The notes under the pieces: model-generated
What the model was told of the DNA's origin: nothing
The model's input: only the letters and a program-made list of their open reading frames with translations
The model's database searches: none
IMG/VR virus record: IMGVR_UViG_3300043446_003430
Coordinates: 1 to 54,653 of that record
Reading direction: 5' to 3' (one strand)
DNA from: a virus
Taxonomy: Duplodnaviria > Caudoviricetes
Length of the DNA stretch: 54,653 bases
Shown: positions 7,805 to 17,887 of the stretch, in pieces
Layout of the letters: the number at the start of each line of letters is the position of its first letter
Position numbering within the stretch: the first letter of the stretch is position 1
Translations under genes and position numbers: made by a program

Positions 7805-10318
7805 TCAAAACGAGAAAAACTCATTGATTGCTTCAGCGTCTTCGCTATAAAGATCCCATTTAAGAGCCTCATAGAAGCTCTTGAGCTTCTTTTCTAACTC
7901 AGCGTCCCAGATACGGTTACGGTCAATATACTGATTGATGAAGTCCATAACTACCTTCGGATCTTTGCCGTCGTCCTTGAACGCAAGTCCATCCAGCCCA
8001 AATGGATTGCTCTTAAGATATGCCCACTTGATCTTGCCACCGTTCATAATTGGTTCCGTTTCTGACAGGCTGTATCTCTTTAGCATATCGTTATATGCGA
8101 GCGCAGCCTTGCATTGGGCGGTCGAACCATCTACGAAATTGAACAGTCCACGGTCTTTGGGATTGAAATCCGTCTTGGCATCTGTGTTTGATATAAATCG
8201 CACAGAGGTATTTTTGGCAATATCTTCCAGATTGAATGATTTCATCGAAGCCTTGAAGTCCAGAATCTTCTTGTCCAATACAGTCTTGTCGGTTCCTCGC
8301 AGGATGTCCTCCAACACGGAACTCATAAAGTCTCTGAACTTCTTGGGGTAGGACGAGCGCACAACATCAAGACCCTTGATTTCGATATCGTTGGTGTCCT
8401 TGCTCAGTTCCATATTATAGACCTTGAGCATAGCATACCGCTTCTTTACGATCCAGAATGCCGCCTGAGCAACAACGTCGGGGGCAATCTTGATGCGATT
8501 GTCTGTGCTATTGAACATCTTAACCATCATCACTTTATAGAAGTCGTTAAGACCGTCCGCGACCTCGTTGATGGTCTTGATGGCATATGGCTTGATATCC
8601 TGTATCTTCTCGTGTTTGGCGAGCGAATTGATATCCAGATACAAGGAGTCCGTGTCGATGTATATGACATAGTCCTTGTTGGAAGTATCGCATCGCTTGT
8701 TGAAGCGAGCATTCACAAACTTGGCACTGGTCTTGATGATTTCCTGACCAGTCAATGTGACAGCGGATGCATTATCAAGGTCATAGAATCTGAAGATAGG
8801 AAGACCAAGAACACCGTAGAGCGAGTTAAGTAGAATCTTCTGCACTTGCTGGCGGCGTTTCCAGAAAGTGGTAGCAGCCTTGTCGCCGCTATCCGATGCC
8901 TCTTTCATCTTGTTCTTATACTCCACACGTTCCGCAAACCACTTCTTTAGAATGTCTGGGATGCAGCCGATCTTTTTTTGGTCATATACCACGCCGTTTG
9001 CGCTTACGGACAGATTATTCTCACCAAAGAATTCATTCAATTGCTTGTATGTATACTTGTCATCCGCGAAGTCAACAACCTCCTCTGTCTGTTTGGCATA
9101 CTTCTCCGCACTCCAATTGTTGATGACTGCCATCTTGGTCTCGGGAGAGATGTTGATGCTCATAATCACGCTGGGATACAGGGAATTGATATCCGCCGAA
9201 CATACCCAGTCATAACGGCCTGGCACAGGATCTTTTACATATGCTCCAACAAATCCCTCTTCACCATCATCGTCGTCACCATCAAAATCGTCATCGTCTT
9301 TGGTCTGCGGCTTGTTTGGTGCAACCAGTTTCTTGCGACGAAGATATGTAAGCAAAGCACCTTCAAGGAACTTGGATGAGATATGAAACTCCTCATATCC
9401 AACGTGGCAAACGTGACAGATGCTCATCGCAAGGTCGATGAACTGCAACTTGTCGTTCATCTTGCGAACAAGCACAATATCGTGCAAGTTGTATTCGATG
9501 AACTTGTTGATGTCAGTCTTCTTTAGATTATCCAGCGAGCCTTCATAATCCACCTTACCTACACCAAGTTCTTCCTTGGCAACAGTATCCAGTCGATAGT
9601 TGGGAAGATTCTTCTGGCTGTATTTCTTGTACAAGAGAAGATAGTCGAGCGTGTTGACGCCAGCGATTGTCATCTTGTTCTTGAACTTGTTGAAATAGCA
9701 CACGTTGATAGGAGACAACTGTCCCGCCGTGTCTTCATCAAACACTTTCAATAGCCTTGCGTGCAGATATGGAAAGTCAAAGCCGTCAATGTTCCAGCCA
9801 GTTGCAATTGTGGGCTTTACTTGCTTCCATCTGTCCAAGAACGCTTTAAGCAAGTCTTCCTCGTGAAGATATGAAGTCACCTCCGCACCGTGCATCTGTC
9901 CAGCCTTCACAACTCCCTCTTCATCAAGCACAAAGCAATAATACTTGTTGTTGAACACATCGCACAACGCAATAGCCGTGATCTTCTGAACAGGATGTTC
10001 CACATTGGGATATCCTCCGGTGGAATCCACTTCGATGTCAAGCACCGCGAGCCGATGGTTAATGGACACATCGTCGCTGCCACCATAAACATCTATCAGA
10101 AAACGAGTTTCAACAGGAACATCCGATTCAAGAAGCGAGGAGTCGCGAGGATTGAATTTTTCAACCCGTTCAAGTTCTTGACCATAAATAGACTTATATT
10201 TGCCACCCTGCTTCTTGCGATATGCATACGGCACATACTTGACTCTGGCATAACCATTCTGGTCATCCCAAACGTGCACGAAGTTGGCCTTGCGGTCATA
10301 GAATACGGCTTGATACAT
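7805..10318 (-). CDS. Family B DNA polymerase with 3'-5' exonuclease
   Basis: Exonuclease motifs LDIEV, GWNIDGFD, YNLHD. Polymerase motifs DINSLYPS, KILLNSLYG, YIDTDS, KKRY, KGLDVVRS. Confidence 0.97.
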   Translation of the reverse strand: MYQAVFYDRKANFVHVWDDQNGYARVKYVPYAYRKKQGGKYKSIYGQELERVEKFNPRDSSLLESDVPVETRFLIDVYGGSDDVSINHRLAVLDIEVDSTGGYPNVEHPVQKITAIALCDVFNNKYYCFVLDEEGVVKAGQMHGAEVTSYLHEEDLLKAFLDRWKQVKPTIATGWNIDGFDFPYLHARLLKVFDEDTAGQLSPINVCYFNKFKNKMTIAGVNTLDYLLLYKKYSQKNLPNYRLDTVAKEELGVGKVDYEGSLDNLKKTDINKFIEYNLHDIVLVRKMNDKLQFIDLAMSICHVCHVGYEEFHISSKFLEGALLTYLRRKKLVAPNKPQTKDDDDFDGDDDDGEEGFVGAYVKDPVPGRYDWVCSADINSLYPSVIMSINISPETKMAVINNWSAEKYAKQTEEVVDFADDKYTYKQLNEFFGENNLSVSANGVVYDQKKIGCIPDILKKWFAERVEYKNKMKEASDSGDKAATTFWKRRQQVQKILLNSLYGVLGLPIFRFYDLDNASAVTLTGQEIIKTSAKFVNARFNKRCDTSNKDYVIYIDTDSLYLDINSLAKHEKIQDIKPYAIKTINEVADGLNDFYKVMMVKMFNSTDNRIKIAPDVVAQAAFWIVKKRYAMLKVYNMELSKDTNDIEIKGLDVVRSSYPKKFRDFMSSVLEDILRGTDKTVLDKKILDFKASMKSFNLEDIAKNTSVRFISNTDAKTDFNPKDRGLFNFVDGSTAQCKAALAYNDMLKRYSLSETEPIMNGGKIKWAYLKSNPFGLDGLAFKDDGKDPKVVMDFINQYIDRNRIWDAELEKKLKSFYEALKWDLYSEDAEAINEFFSF

Positions 10319-10324
10319 ACAAAT

Positions 10325-10352
10325 ATCCTACCAGAACAGGCAGGATTGTCAA
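10325..10352 (-). promoter_or_regulatory. sigma70-like promoter of the PolB gene
   Basis: TTGACA-16 nt-TAGGAT, 6 nt before the ATG. Confidence 0.65.
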
Positions 10353-10356
10353 GGCT

Positions 10357-10806
10357 TCAGATAACTGTAACGCTGTCGAATCCCTCGTCTTTTACAGGAG
10401 GATACAGCTTGCTGGCTTGCTTGTCTATTACCCACTCCGGAACTTTTCTCTGGCGTTTGTTATTCTGTGATTTACATACACTTACAGGAGTGTCAACAAA
10501 GTATGCACGCACCTCGGCATTGTTTGCTTTGGCAATATCAATCCAGTCTTTTCTATCTCTTACAGAAAGACTTGTTGCATCGATAATTGCATTCTTGCCT
10601 TGTGACAAAATATCATTCACTCTCTTTTTGGCAATTTCAAATACCTTGCCGTTTTGACTTTGGTCTTCGGCATTTCCAGTCAATTCAAGTCTAATGACAT
10701 CTGTTTCAACAAGTTCCGCATTAAGCGAAGTCTTCAAGCCATTGGCATATGTGCTCTTGCCAGAGCCGCTAATGCCAACCATCACTGCTAATATGGGTTT
10801 ACTCAT
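10357..10806 (-). CDS. P-loop kinase (polynucleotide kinase / AAA_33-like)
   Basis: GISGSGKST, D.IR, IIDAT, R..R.VP..VI as in Pnkp kinase domains. Confidence 0.8.
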   Translation of the reverse strand: MSKPILAVMVGISGSGKSTYANGLKTSLNAELVETDVIRLELTGNAEDQSQNGKVFEIAKKRVNDILSQGKNAIIDATSLSVRDRKDWIDIAKANNAEVRAYFVDTPVSVCKSQNNKRQRKVPEWVIDKQASKLYPPVKDEGFDSVTVI

Positions 10807-11735
10807 ATAAAATAGTCTAGACCGTGGTGTGAATTTGTCAAGCCATCCTCGTTTCTTTCCATAAAATATTTCATAACGCTATCATAAAAAGAATCCGGCA
10901 TATTATCTATTCTGACCAATCCATCCGAGTCAAGTGAAAGAGTTTTATCAAAATCCATACCTTTTATTATATCATACCTGTCGCCGTATCGTCTATTTGT
11001 TGGATCTCCGTGCCATTCGTGTATTATTTCGCCATCCAAATTTCCAACATCATCCGGAGTTATATAACCCGTTATTGACTTTTCCCAATCAACGTATGGT
11101 TTAAAATTGACATTTTCCAGCATACCGGTCAAGTATTTAAATTTGTCGGTGGTAAAAATTTTCCATATTGTATATATGAATAGGGTATCCCCTCCGCCCA
11201 AAAAAGAGAAGGGATATAATCCACCATAATTCCACATCTCTCTTCTCGCCGCCCACGCACAACCTCTGGCCCCAGAGCTTGTGGAAGATACTCCTCGTTT
11301 TATTATAGACGATACTGGGGGCCGACTTCTTCCAAACTGATCTGTTCCTATATAATTTGAAAACAGATGAATGGCTTTGAATTTTTCCAACGCGGCACTG
11401 GCGTCTTCATACCAATTCAAATTGGAAAACATAAAATCGTGATCGATCCACGCAATCTTGGTTATTTCCATTGGTATGGTTTTTACGGTGATGTTGATGC
11501 AAGCTTCTTTCTGAAAACATATATTCTCCTTGGTCACAGTGATATTTGTCCAATTTTTCATTCCCGCCGTTTCAAATTTTCCAGTCAAAGACAATTCAAC
11601 GCCATATACCGGAATATTTTGTATACCAAGCTGTCTTATAAATCTATGCAGGTTTCTCGTGGGTGTGTAAAAATTGCACCAATTGTAGTGACAAACCACA
11701 ACAGCAAGATCATTGACTTTTGGTTTATTATACAT
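10803..11735 (-). CDS. GT-A fold glycosyltransferase
   Basis: QKEACIN, IAWIDHD (DxD), GCAWAARR, LGGGD, HEWHG. Confidence 0.7.
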   Translation of the reverse strand: MYNKPKVNDLAVVVCHYNWCNFYTPTRNLHRFIRQLGIQNIPVYGVELSLTGKFETAGMKNWTNITVTKENICFQKEACINITVKTIPMEITKIAWIDHDFMFSNLNWYEDASAALEKFKAIHLFSNYIGTDQFGRSRPPVSSIIKRGVSSTSSGARGCAWAARREMWNYGGLYPFSFLGGGDTLFIYTIWKIFTTDKFKYLTGMLENVNFKPYVDWEKSITGYITPDDVGNLDGEIIHEWHGDPTNRRYGDRYDIIKGMDFDKTLSLDSDGLVRIDNMPDSFYDSVMKYFMERNEDGLTNSHHGLDYFI

Positions 11736-11738
11736 ATT

Positions 11739-12725
11739 TTACTTCCAAAGAAGCCAAGTTTCTCTATTTGCGTGATTGGAATCGACGTATAACAATTTTC
11801 GGTTTGGCCACCATTTAAGTGGGCGATATTCCTTCATGTTTCGATATCGCTGTTTTACCTCATTTTCTTCATCCGTGCTAAGTTCAAGTGCCACACACTG
11901 ATATTGTTTAATTTTTTCAATCCATTCATTTGTATAAAGTTTGTTATTTATCAAATGATATAATACGGAATACAATATTAGACATTCCGTTTCCGGCAGT
12001 TCTTTTGGAGTTATTACTGAATCAATTTTATCTTTTATTAAAGATTGTGCAAGGGTGCGTGCCGGACCATTTATTTCGCTTCCGTAAGCTTGCACACCGG
12101 ATTGTCTTAATATCCATATACCGACTCCTTCCGCGCACCCAATTTCATATGTGTTTTTTATTCCACTTTTTGCAAGTTCCCCATATCTTATTTGGCACGA
12201 TTCCATTGTTCTATACTCTTTCAAATCCCACAAAACTGGATGAGGATGTGGTTGGTGTTTGATCCTATGCAATGGATCAGACTTTGCATTAATCACCGCT
12301 TTCCATTCTGGAGAAATGTTTCTGGTATGATCAAATGCGACGACTGGTTCTTCTCCACGCACCATCGCGGCTTCTGTTCTATGATTTCCGTCTATAAGAA
12401 ACACATCACCTTCAACCAACATCGAATGATCTATATTCATACTGATGTATGAGTTAAAGACATTACTATGCAGCATTGTTAATGGAGGAGAAGTTTCTTG
12501 AATATTTTGACTTGTTGTTGCCTCCCTGCCCCAGAATTCCGCAACACTCTCTTCACAAATCTTATTGTTTGTGATCTTTGAATAATATTTTTTATACTTG
12601 GAGGCGTCTCCATTCTTCAAAGACCACATCGCATCCCATAATCCATTGTCAGCATTCAACATCCGCTGGACATATTCATTTTTTGGACTGAATTTACATG
12701 TATATTTTTTCAACTCTTCGCCCAT
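11739..12725 (-). CDS. ParB/Srx-like domain fused to a class I SAM methyltransferase
   Basis: LIDGNHR (ParB/Srx), then YEIGCAEG (SAM motif I) and LYSVLYHL. Confidence 0.65.
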   Translation of the reverse strand: MGEELKKYTCKFSPKNEYVQRMLNADNGLWDAMWSLKNGDASKYKKYYSKITNNKICEESVAEFWGREATTSQNIQETSPPLTMLHSNVFNSYISMNIDHSMLVEGDVFLIDGNHRTEAAMVRGEEPVVAFDHTRNISPEWKAVINAKSDPLHRIKHQPHPHPVLWDLKEYRTMESCQIRYGELAKSGIKNTYEIGCAEGVGIWILRQSGVQAYGSEINGPARTLAQSLIKDKIDSVITPKELPETECLILYSVLYHLINNKLYTNEWIEKIKQYQCVALELSTDEENEVKQRYRNMKEYRPLKWWPNRKLLYVDSNHANRETWLLWK

Positions 12726-12734
12726 TTTATTCCT

Positions 12735-15110
12735 TTACAGATACATCTTTTGCAGCATTTCCGCACTTGCGTTCTTGATGGAAAAATCTTTCTCTCTTTT
12801 TCGAATAGGATCTTTATTAAACAAGCTTTCCATAGTACCCGCTAATGCAAAAAAATTAATATCACTTGGATTGTTTTTGAACATTATTAATAGTTTGGCA
12901 GGTAATTTTTCCAACCAATCATATTTGTAAATTTTCCATTTTTCCATCAGATCAAAATACCTCTCATATATTAATTCGAGATTCCATTTTGGACTGTGGT
13001 ATCCGAGTACCACTTGTTTCATAGCTGTATTATATCCTCCCGAGTGCATTCTTTTGATCTGCTCCATTTCGCATGAAATTGTTTCAAGATTATATGGATA
13101 ATTTTTTAATACATCGTGCTTGTATCCTTTGATTCCATATATATCAAAATCTAAATGCACATCTTTCAACATATATGCGACTATTGATGTTTTCTCCTCC
13201 GACGATACCAGTGAGTTGTATATCGTTTCTATTGCGTCTGGATTCAATATCATATCTCCATCAACTTGTATATAATATTTTGTAAAGCAATCATCTATCA
13301 TCCTTTGGAATGCTTTTGACATGGGTGCCACATTGTTGATGAATTTGATATGAAATGTGCAATTCTGGTTGTATACAGAATCCACACAATCCCAATAATT
13401 TGGATTATCTCCCGCATTTATCACAAAAACGGTCAGCTCGTCTCGGAGATTTTTCTTGCCGAATGACAGGAAAAAATCGGCAAACTTTTTGGCGGTCCTT
13501 TTATATGTAAACTGTTCGATGGCAACTTTGTAAGCCTCTTCTCCTTTTTTTACACATTCTTCTCTATTCGTTTTTAACCTGTTCAAAATATTGACAAAAT
13601 CCTCAGCCGTGCTGCCAACAAAACACGGTATATGCTTCGCAAGTTGATTGGTGTCTCTGATCAACATAGGAACCTCGCACAATGCCGCTTCAACAAATGT
13701 TTGCGGACCACCTTCAAATTCACTGAAGTTTATTACTACATCCGCTTTGTTGTATTCGTGAACCATTTCATTATTTGGTATATCTTCGCAAACATTTAGA
13801 GTTACTTGTGATTCATTGCATATTTTTTTTACTGTTTCAAAATTCTTGATTAGGCGAAGCGTATTTCCAACATACAATACAGTAAATTCTTTATTCTTTT
13901 TATGTTTTATGGGATAGAATAAATTTTCATCAGAAGCATCCGTTATTGTTTCCGTTGGGAAATTTTTTGGAAGATGTTTTAAAAATTGTTCTTTTAAAGC
14001 CTCATTTGCAAACACCGCTCCACCACATCCACTAAAATACTCGCACATATATTTTGGTGTATAGAGTTCATTCTCCGACCAAAAGGCAGAATAACATCCT
14101 CGGATTACGTTTTTTTCGGAGGGTATTATTCTTTCTCCTTCAAACATCACATATACATAATCCCAATCAGAATTATTATATGATGATATTTTTGAATGCA
14201 AATCTCTGGAATATACGGTCTCATAATAGAGTTTCTCCGGATAAGGATTATACTTGATTACCGCTTTAACGATATTATCGAATGCCCAATCTCTGGCGTC
14301 GGGCACCAATAATATTTTCTTGGTGCTTGGATCAAACGCGGGAAAGTTTGATAAATTCCATCGCATTTTTTTGGAATGCGATGCCATATCTCTTTCTCCT
14401 CTGATGTCGGAGGTTCTTACATCCGCCAATGCTATATTTGGATAAAATGTATAACATTCTCCATAATGTCTGCCTTGCACATCAGTCAGAATTATATCCA
14501 CCGGGGCGTATTTTTTTAAAAATTCGGATTCCAACTCATCAAACATGCTTCTATCCACAGCGTATGCAAATGTTCCCCGAGTATCTTTTGACAGATAGAA
14601 TCCTCCCTCGGACGGATTTATATTTTCCCAGTCATATTGACTTCCTCCGAGATAAAGCAATTTCCAATCAATTTTTTGTAAAAGCTGTATTCTTTTTTGA
14701 AAGTCTTTGGACAGATGTACGTCGTCTTCAAAAATCAAAATTCTATGATAATTGTTTGCCTTTGCGTCCCGTATCACCGAAAGATGGCTTAATAAGCATC
14801 CGTATTCTCCGGAACTTAAATTACTTTCTCCGGAGAATAGTTCCCCATCGATTGCATTAAATCTTATAGCATCAACATTACAGGCATTCAATCTTCGTTT
14901 GACCGACAACCATTTTGCAATTCGTTGGTTAAGATTTATGCAATAGACTTTGTCAAAATACGTGTTTACAAAATTATCATCGAACTGAATTTGATCTTCA
15001 TTTATTTCAAACTTCAGCTGATTCTTATCCCAAAACAGCGCGGGATTGTTGAGAAAGATTCTTTTTATTGGATACTGTTGAATATCCTCATTGAGATCAC
15101 ATTCATTCAT
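12735..15110 (-). CDS. Tri-domain glycosyltransferase (GT25 + GT4 + GT2-like)
   Basis: Start moved to 15110 (ATGA overlap). GT25: FDKVYCINL, GEYGCLLSH, ILIFEDD. GT4: NFSEFEGGPQTFVEAA (E-x7-E). GT2-like: YYIQVDGDMIL. Confidence 0.85.
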   Translation of the reverse strand: MNECDLNEDIQQYPIKRIFLNNPALFWDKNQLKFEINEDQIQFDDNFVNTYFDKVYCINLNQRIAKWLSVKRRLNACNVDAIRFNAIDGELFSGESNLSSGEYGCLLSHLSVIRDAKANNYHRILIFEDDVHLSKDFQKRIQLLQKIDWKLLYLGGSQYDWENINPSEGGFYLSKDTRGTFAYAVDRSMFDELESEFLKKYAPVDIILTDVQGRHYGECYTFYPNIALADVRTSDIRGERDMASHSKKMRWNLSNFPAFDPSTKKILLVPDARDWAFDNIVKAVIKYNPYPEKLYYETVYSRDLHSKISSYNNSDWDYVYVMFEGERIIPSEKNVIRGCYSAFWSENELYTPKYMCEYFSGCGGAVFANEALKEQFLKHLPKNFPTETITDASDENLFYPIKHKKNKEFTVLYVGNTLRLIKNFETVKKICNESQVTLNVCEDIPNNEMVHEYNKADVVINFSEFEGGPQTFVEAALCEVPMLIRDTNQLAKHIPCFVGSTAEDFVNILNRLKTNREECVKKGEEAYKVAIEQFTYKRTAKKFADFFLSFGKKNLRDELTVFVINAGDNPNYWDCVDSVYNQNCTFHIKFINNVAPMSKAFQRMIDDCFTKYYIQVDGDMILNPDAIETIYNSLVSSEEKTSIVAYMLKDVHLDFDIYGIKGYKHDVLKNYPYNLETISCEMEQIKRMHSGGYNTAMKQVVLGYHSPKWNLELIYERYFDLMEKWKIYKYDWLEKLPAKLLIMFKNNPSDINFFALAGTMESLFNKDPIRKREKDFSIKNASAEMLQKMYL

Positions 15111-15856
15111 AATTTTATGAGAGTGGATGGAAAAACATATGGCCTGACCGGATTTTTCCATTTTTTGTTTATTCGGTTTTCCATTATTATTTTCCCGTAT
15201 TTTTCCCTGATTTTGGAGTTTATTCCGGTGTCCGGAGACTTTGTCATATTATTGGAATGATATCTTCGGTAAAAAAGAGGAACATCGATATTGTGTATAT
15301 CGTTTCCATTACCGGAATATCTTTCGTGAAATTCGGTGTCGGCTCCGCATTTCCATCCAAAAAACCCCATACTTTTGAAGAAACTTTTTTTGGTTATCAG
15401 AAATTGACCGATGGATGAATCTGGAGATATGTTCAGATTATCGACGTTGGTATAATCAGAGCCATCGTTGAAATTGTAAAACTTGAATTTCAACATACTT
15501 TTTCCTTTGAAGTTTTTCAACAATGTTTCCACCATATTTTCCATCATAACATCATCCGAATCAAAAAACAAAATATTAGCATACTTTGATTTTTCCGCAA
15601 GAGAATTTCTTATAAAGTAAGGTCCGACGTTTTTTGAAAAATAATATACTTTGATGTGCTTATGAGAAAACAACGAAGATGATTGTATAAATTCGAGAGT
15701 GTCGTTGCAATGGTCTATACCCAGCAGTATTTCATAATTTGCACATTTTTCTGCGGATGCTATTACTGATTCCAAGCATTCTATTAAAAACTTGGTATTT
15801 TTATATGTAGGTATAATGATAGATACCTCATACTTTCTGTATAACCATTTTAACAT
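15107..15856 (-). CDS. GT2 glycosyltransferase
   Basis: VSIIIPTY, NVGPYFIRN, LFFDSDD, CGADTEF, YRRYH. Confidence 0.88.
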   Translation of the reverse strand: MLKWLYRKYEVSIIIPTYKNTKFLIECLESVIASAEKCANYEILLGIDHCNDTLEFIQSSSLFSHKHIKVYYFSKNVGPYFIRNSLAEKSKYANILFFDSDDVMMENMVETLLKNFKGKSMLKFKFYNFNDGSDYTNVDNLNISPDSSIGQFLITKKSFFKSMGFFGWKCGADTEFHERYSGNGNDIHNIDVPLFYRRYHSNNMTKSPDTGINSKIREKYGKIIMENRINKKWKNPVRPYVFPSTLIKL

Positions 15857-15862
15857 ACACTA

Positions 15863-16090
15863 TTAAGTCGAATCTTCTATGTATATTTTATCGTTTTCAC
15901 TGACTTGAATTCTTGTCCTCGTATCCCACGTTCTGATAAAAAAATTCTCGTCGATCTCAGTACATCCGCCTATTCTCGTCGATTGTCCTGTACTGTCCTC
16001 GAAATATACTTTAAATTCAAAGCTGGCGCTGGAAGACGCTTTTAACTGCTCTACGACCGTATTAAAATCCTTGTTTATATAAGTTTTCAT
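15863..16090 (-). CDS. Hypothetical protein (75 aa)
   Basis: Tightly packed between the PT-rich gene and GT2. Confidence 0.55.
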   Translation of the reverse strand: MKTYINKDFNTVVEQLKASSSASFEFKVYFEDSTGQSTRIGGCTEIDENFFIRTWDTRTRIQVSENDKIYIEDST

Positions 16091-16098
16091 AATTCAAT

Positions 16099-17385
16099 TT
16101 ATGTGCAAGCCGCACCCGGTCCAACTATATATCCGGCACTATAACTTATTGCATTATTCTGTACACAGGCCGAACCATATTGTGAATTTGGAACATCGCC
16201 CGTAGTAAAGTCGCTACCAGATCCTCCCGCACACGTTGTCCAGCTTGCCTGTCCATTTCCGCTGCCATCTGTCCATAATGTATATGTATTACAATTTGGG
16301 GGAGGTGTTGAAGTTGGCGTTGGAGTTGGGCTGCTAGCCGGTGTTTCGCTTGGAGAGGGAGTCGGTGTATTTGTTGGAGTGCTTGTTGGATCCGGAGTAC
16401 TCGCCGGTGTGCCAGTTGGTGTAAGTGTCGGCGTATTGGTTGGAGTGTTAGTCGGAGTGTTAGTCGGAGTGTTGGTTGGTGTAAGAGTCGGTGTGTTGGT
16501 CGGTGTGCGTGTTGGTGTATTGCTAGGCGTGGTAGTAGGTGGTGCGCCAATTGTGCCAGATGGAGTGGAGGTTGGTGTATAAGTAGGCGTATATGTAGGA
16601 GTATTGGTTATTGTAGGAGTCAGCGTGGATGTTGGAGTAGGAGTTGCAGTCGTCCCAGTTGTACCTGACGGCGTAGATGTTGGAGTAGGAGTCGCCGGTG
16701 CACCAGTTGATTGTGTAGGTGTAGAAGTCAACGTCGGTGTACTTGTTGGTGGAATTGGTGTTGCAGTTGGGGTGGACGTTGGAGTTGGAGTATTCGTTGG
16801 AGCGCTTGTTGGTGCTGGCGTATATGTCGGAGTGGATGTAGGAGTTCTTGTTGGGCAAGCAGTGTGACTAATCGTTGGAGTAGGTGTGGCTGTCAACTGC
16901 ACCGTTGATGTTGGGGTATGCGTAGGAGTTCTCGTGACAGTATGTGTTGGAGTATTAGTCGGTGTATTTGTTATTGTCGGAGTAATCGTTGCTGTAACAG
17001 ATATCGTAGGTGTATTTGTTGGCGTATTGGTAGGAGTAACTGTTATGGTTGATGTAATAGTCGGTGTTGGCGTTGGATTTGGAATGAACGGACCATAGTT
17101 GCTGAGAAGAGTCCAACCGGTGCTATATAATTCATTTGTGGTCTTTACATATGTGTATTGACCTGGTTTAATTTTTTGCAGTATTTCAACGTCTTCTGGT
17201 GTGCGGAATATGAACGGTCCTCTCACAGTTGCAAACTTTACTTCTTCCCAAGCATCTCCCCGCGATCCTGAAAAATTTATTCTATAGAACGAGCCTGTTT
17301 TATAAAACAACGAGCCTTGTGGCGCGTATATTATGGTATTTGGATTTCCATCCGGTGGTATTGCACTATCTATAAAAAGGCTCAT
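16099..17385 (-). CDS. Pro/Thr-rich mucin-like protein with a C-terminal 4-Cys domain (putative virion surface appendage)
   Basis: N-terminal globular part ([15 protein letters not shown]), about 260 aa of TPT(N/S)TPT repeats, and a C-terminal CNTYTLW...WTTCAGG...CVQ...CT domain. Confidence 0.7.
   Translation of the reverse strand: MSLFIDSAIPPDGNPNTIIYAPQGSLFYKTGSFYRINFSGSRGDAWEEVKFATVRGPFIFRTPEDVEILQKIKPGQYTYVKTTNELYSTGWTLLSNYGPFIPNPTPTPTITSTITVTPTNTPTNTPTISVTATITPTITNTPTNTPTHTVTRTPTHTPTSTVQLTATPTPTISHTACPTRTPTSTPTYTPAPTSAPTNTPTPTSTPTATPIPPTSTPTLTSTPTQSTGAPATPTPTSTPSGTTGTTATPTPTSTLTPTITNTPTYTPTYTPTSTPSGTIGAPPTTTPSNTPTRTPTNTPTLTPTNTPTNTPTNTPTNTPTLTPTGTPASTPDPTSTPTNTPTPSPSETPASSPTPTPTSTPPPNCNTYTLWTDGSGNGQASWTTCAGGSGSDFTTGDVPNSQYGSACVQNNAISYSAGYIVGPGAACT
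16310..17085. repeat. Degenerate tandem codon repeats encoding TPT(N/S/H)
   Basis: About 12-bp periodic gttgg/gtcgg/gtagg-agtgtt units with varied third positions. This is a coding repeat, not CRISPR. Confidence 0.85.
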
Positions 17386-17415
17386 AGTTGTATTATTATA
17401 ACTATCAATTTAAGC

Positions 17416-17664
17416 CTAAAAAAGTTCATATATATGACGAGAGTGTTTGGTGAATAAATTCATCTTATTCCACTTCCCGCAATGAACGCAACTGGCAACA
17501 TATCTATATGTGTTTGTATTTAATATATAATTCTTTGTCTTGAACGGTAAATTGCAGTTTCCGCACACCACGTTGATTTCAGTTCGCGGACATAGCGATA
17601 CTATTGGTCTATTTACATATTTGACCAAACATACATCATCTTTGCTGATTTGCAGTTCAATCAT
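17416..17664 (-). CDS. Small zinc-ribbon protein
   Basis: CGNC...CVHC pairs. Confidence 0.6.
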   Translation of the reverse strand: MIELQISKDDVCLVKYVNRPIVSLCPRTEINVVCGNCNLPFKTKNYILNTNTYRYVASCVHCGKWNKMNLFTKHSRHIYELF

Positions 17665-17860
17665 TTTCTTCTTCGTCGTCTTTTTTAGGATATGGAGGAA
17701 ATCCTCGCACCAAGATAGGCAAAGACTCTGTGAAGAATTCTCCGATATATTTGATGATGATCATTATCATCCCAAGAATCGTGAATATAAATAAAAACAG
17801 AAAGATGAATTGGGCCGCTCCGTGCCAACTCTTTAGTATTTCAATAAAATCATTATACAT
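17657..17860 (-). CDS. Small membrane protein
   Basis: Single hydrophobic helix (FIFLFLFIFTILGMIMIII) and a charged tail. Confidence 0.55.
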   Translation of the reverse strand: MYNDFIEILKSWHGAAQFIFLFLFIFTILGMIMIIIKYIGEFFTESLPILVRGFPPYPKKDDEEEND

Positions 17861-17887
17861 AATAAAACAATTATACGGAATTAAATC

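Noticed and set aside
16310-17085. Repetitive DNA resembling an array; Val/Gly-rich plus-strand ORFs
   Set aside because: No constant repeat with unique spacers. It is the degenerate codon repeat of the Thr/Pro protein, and the VG ORFs are its antisense.
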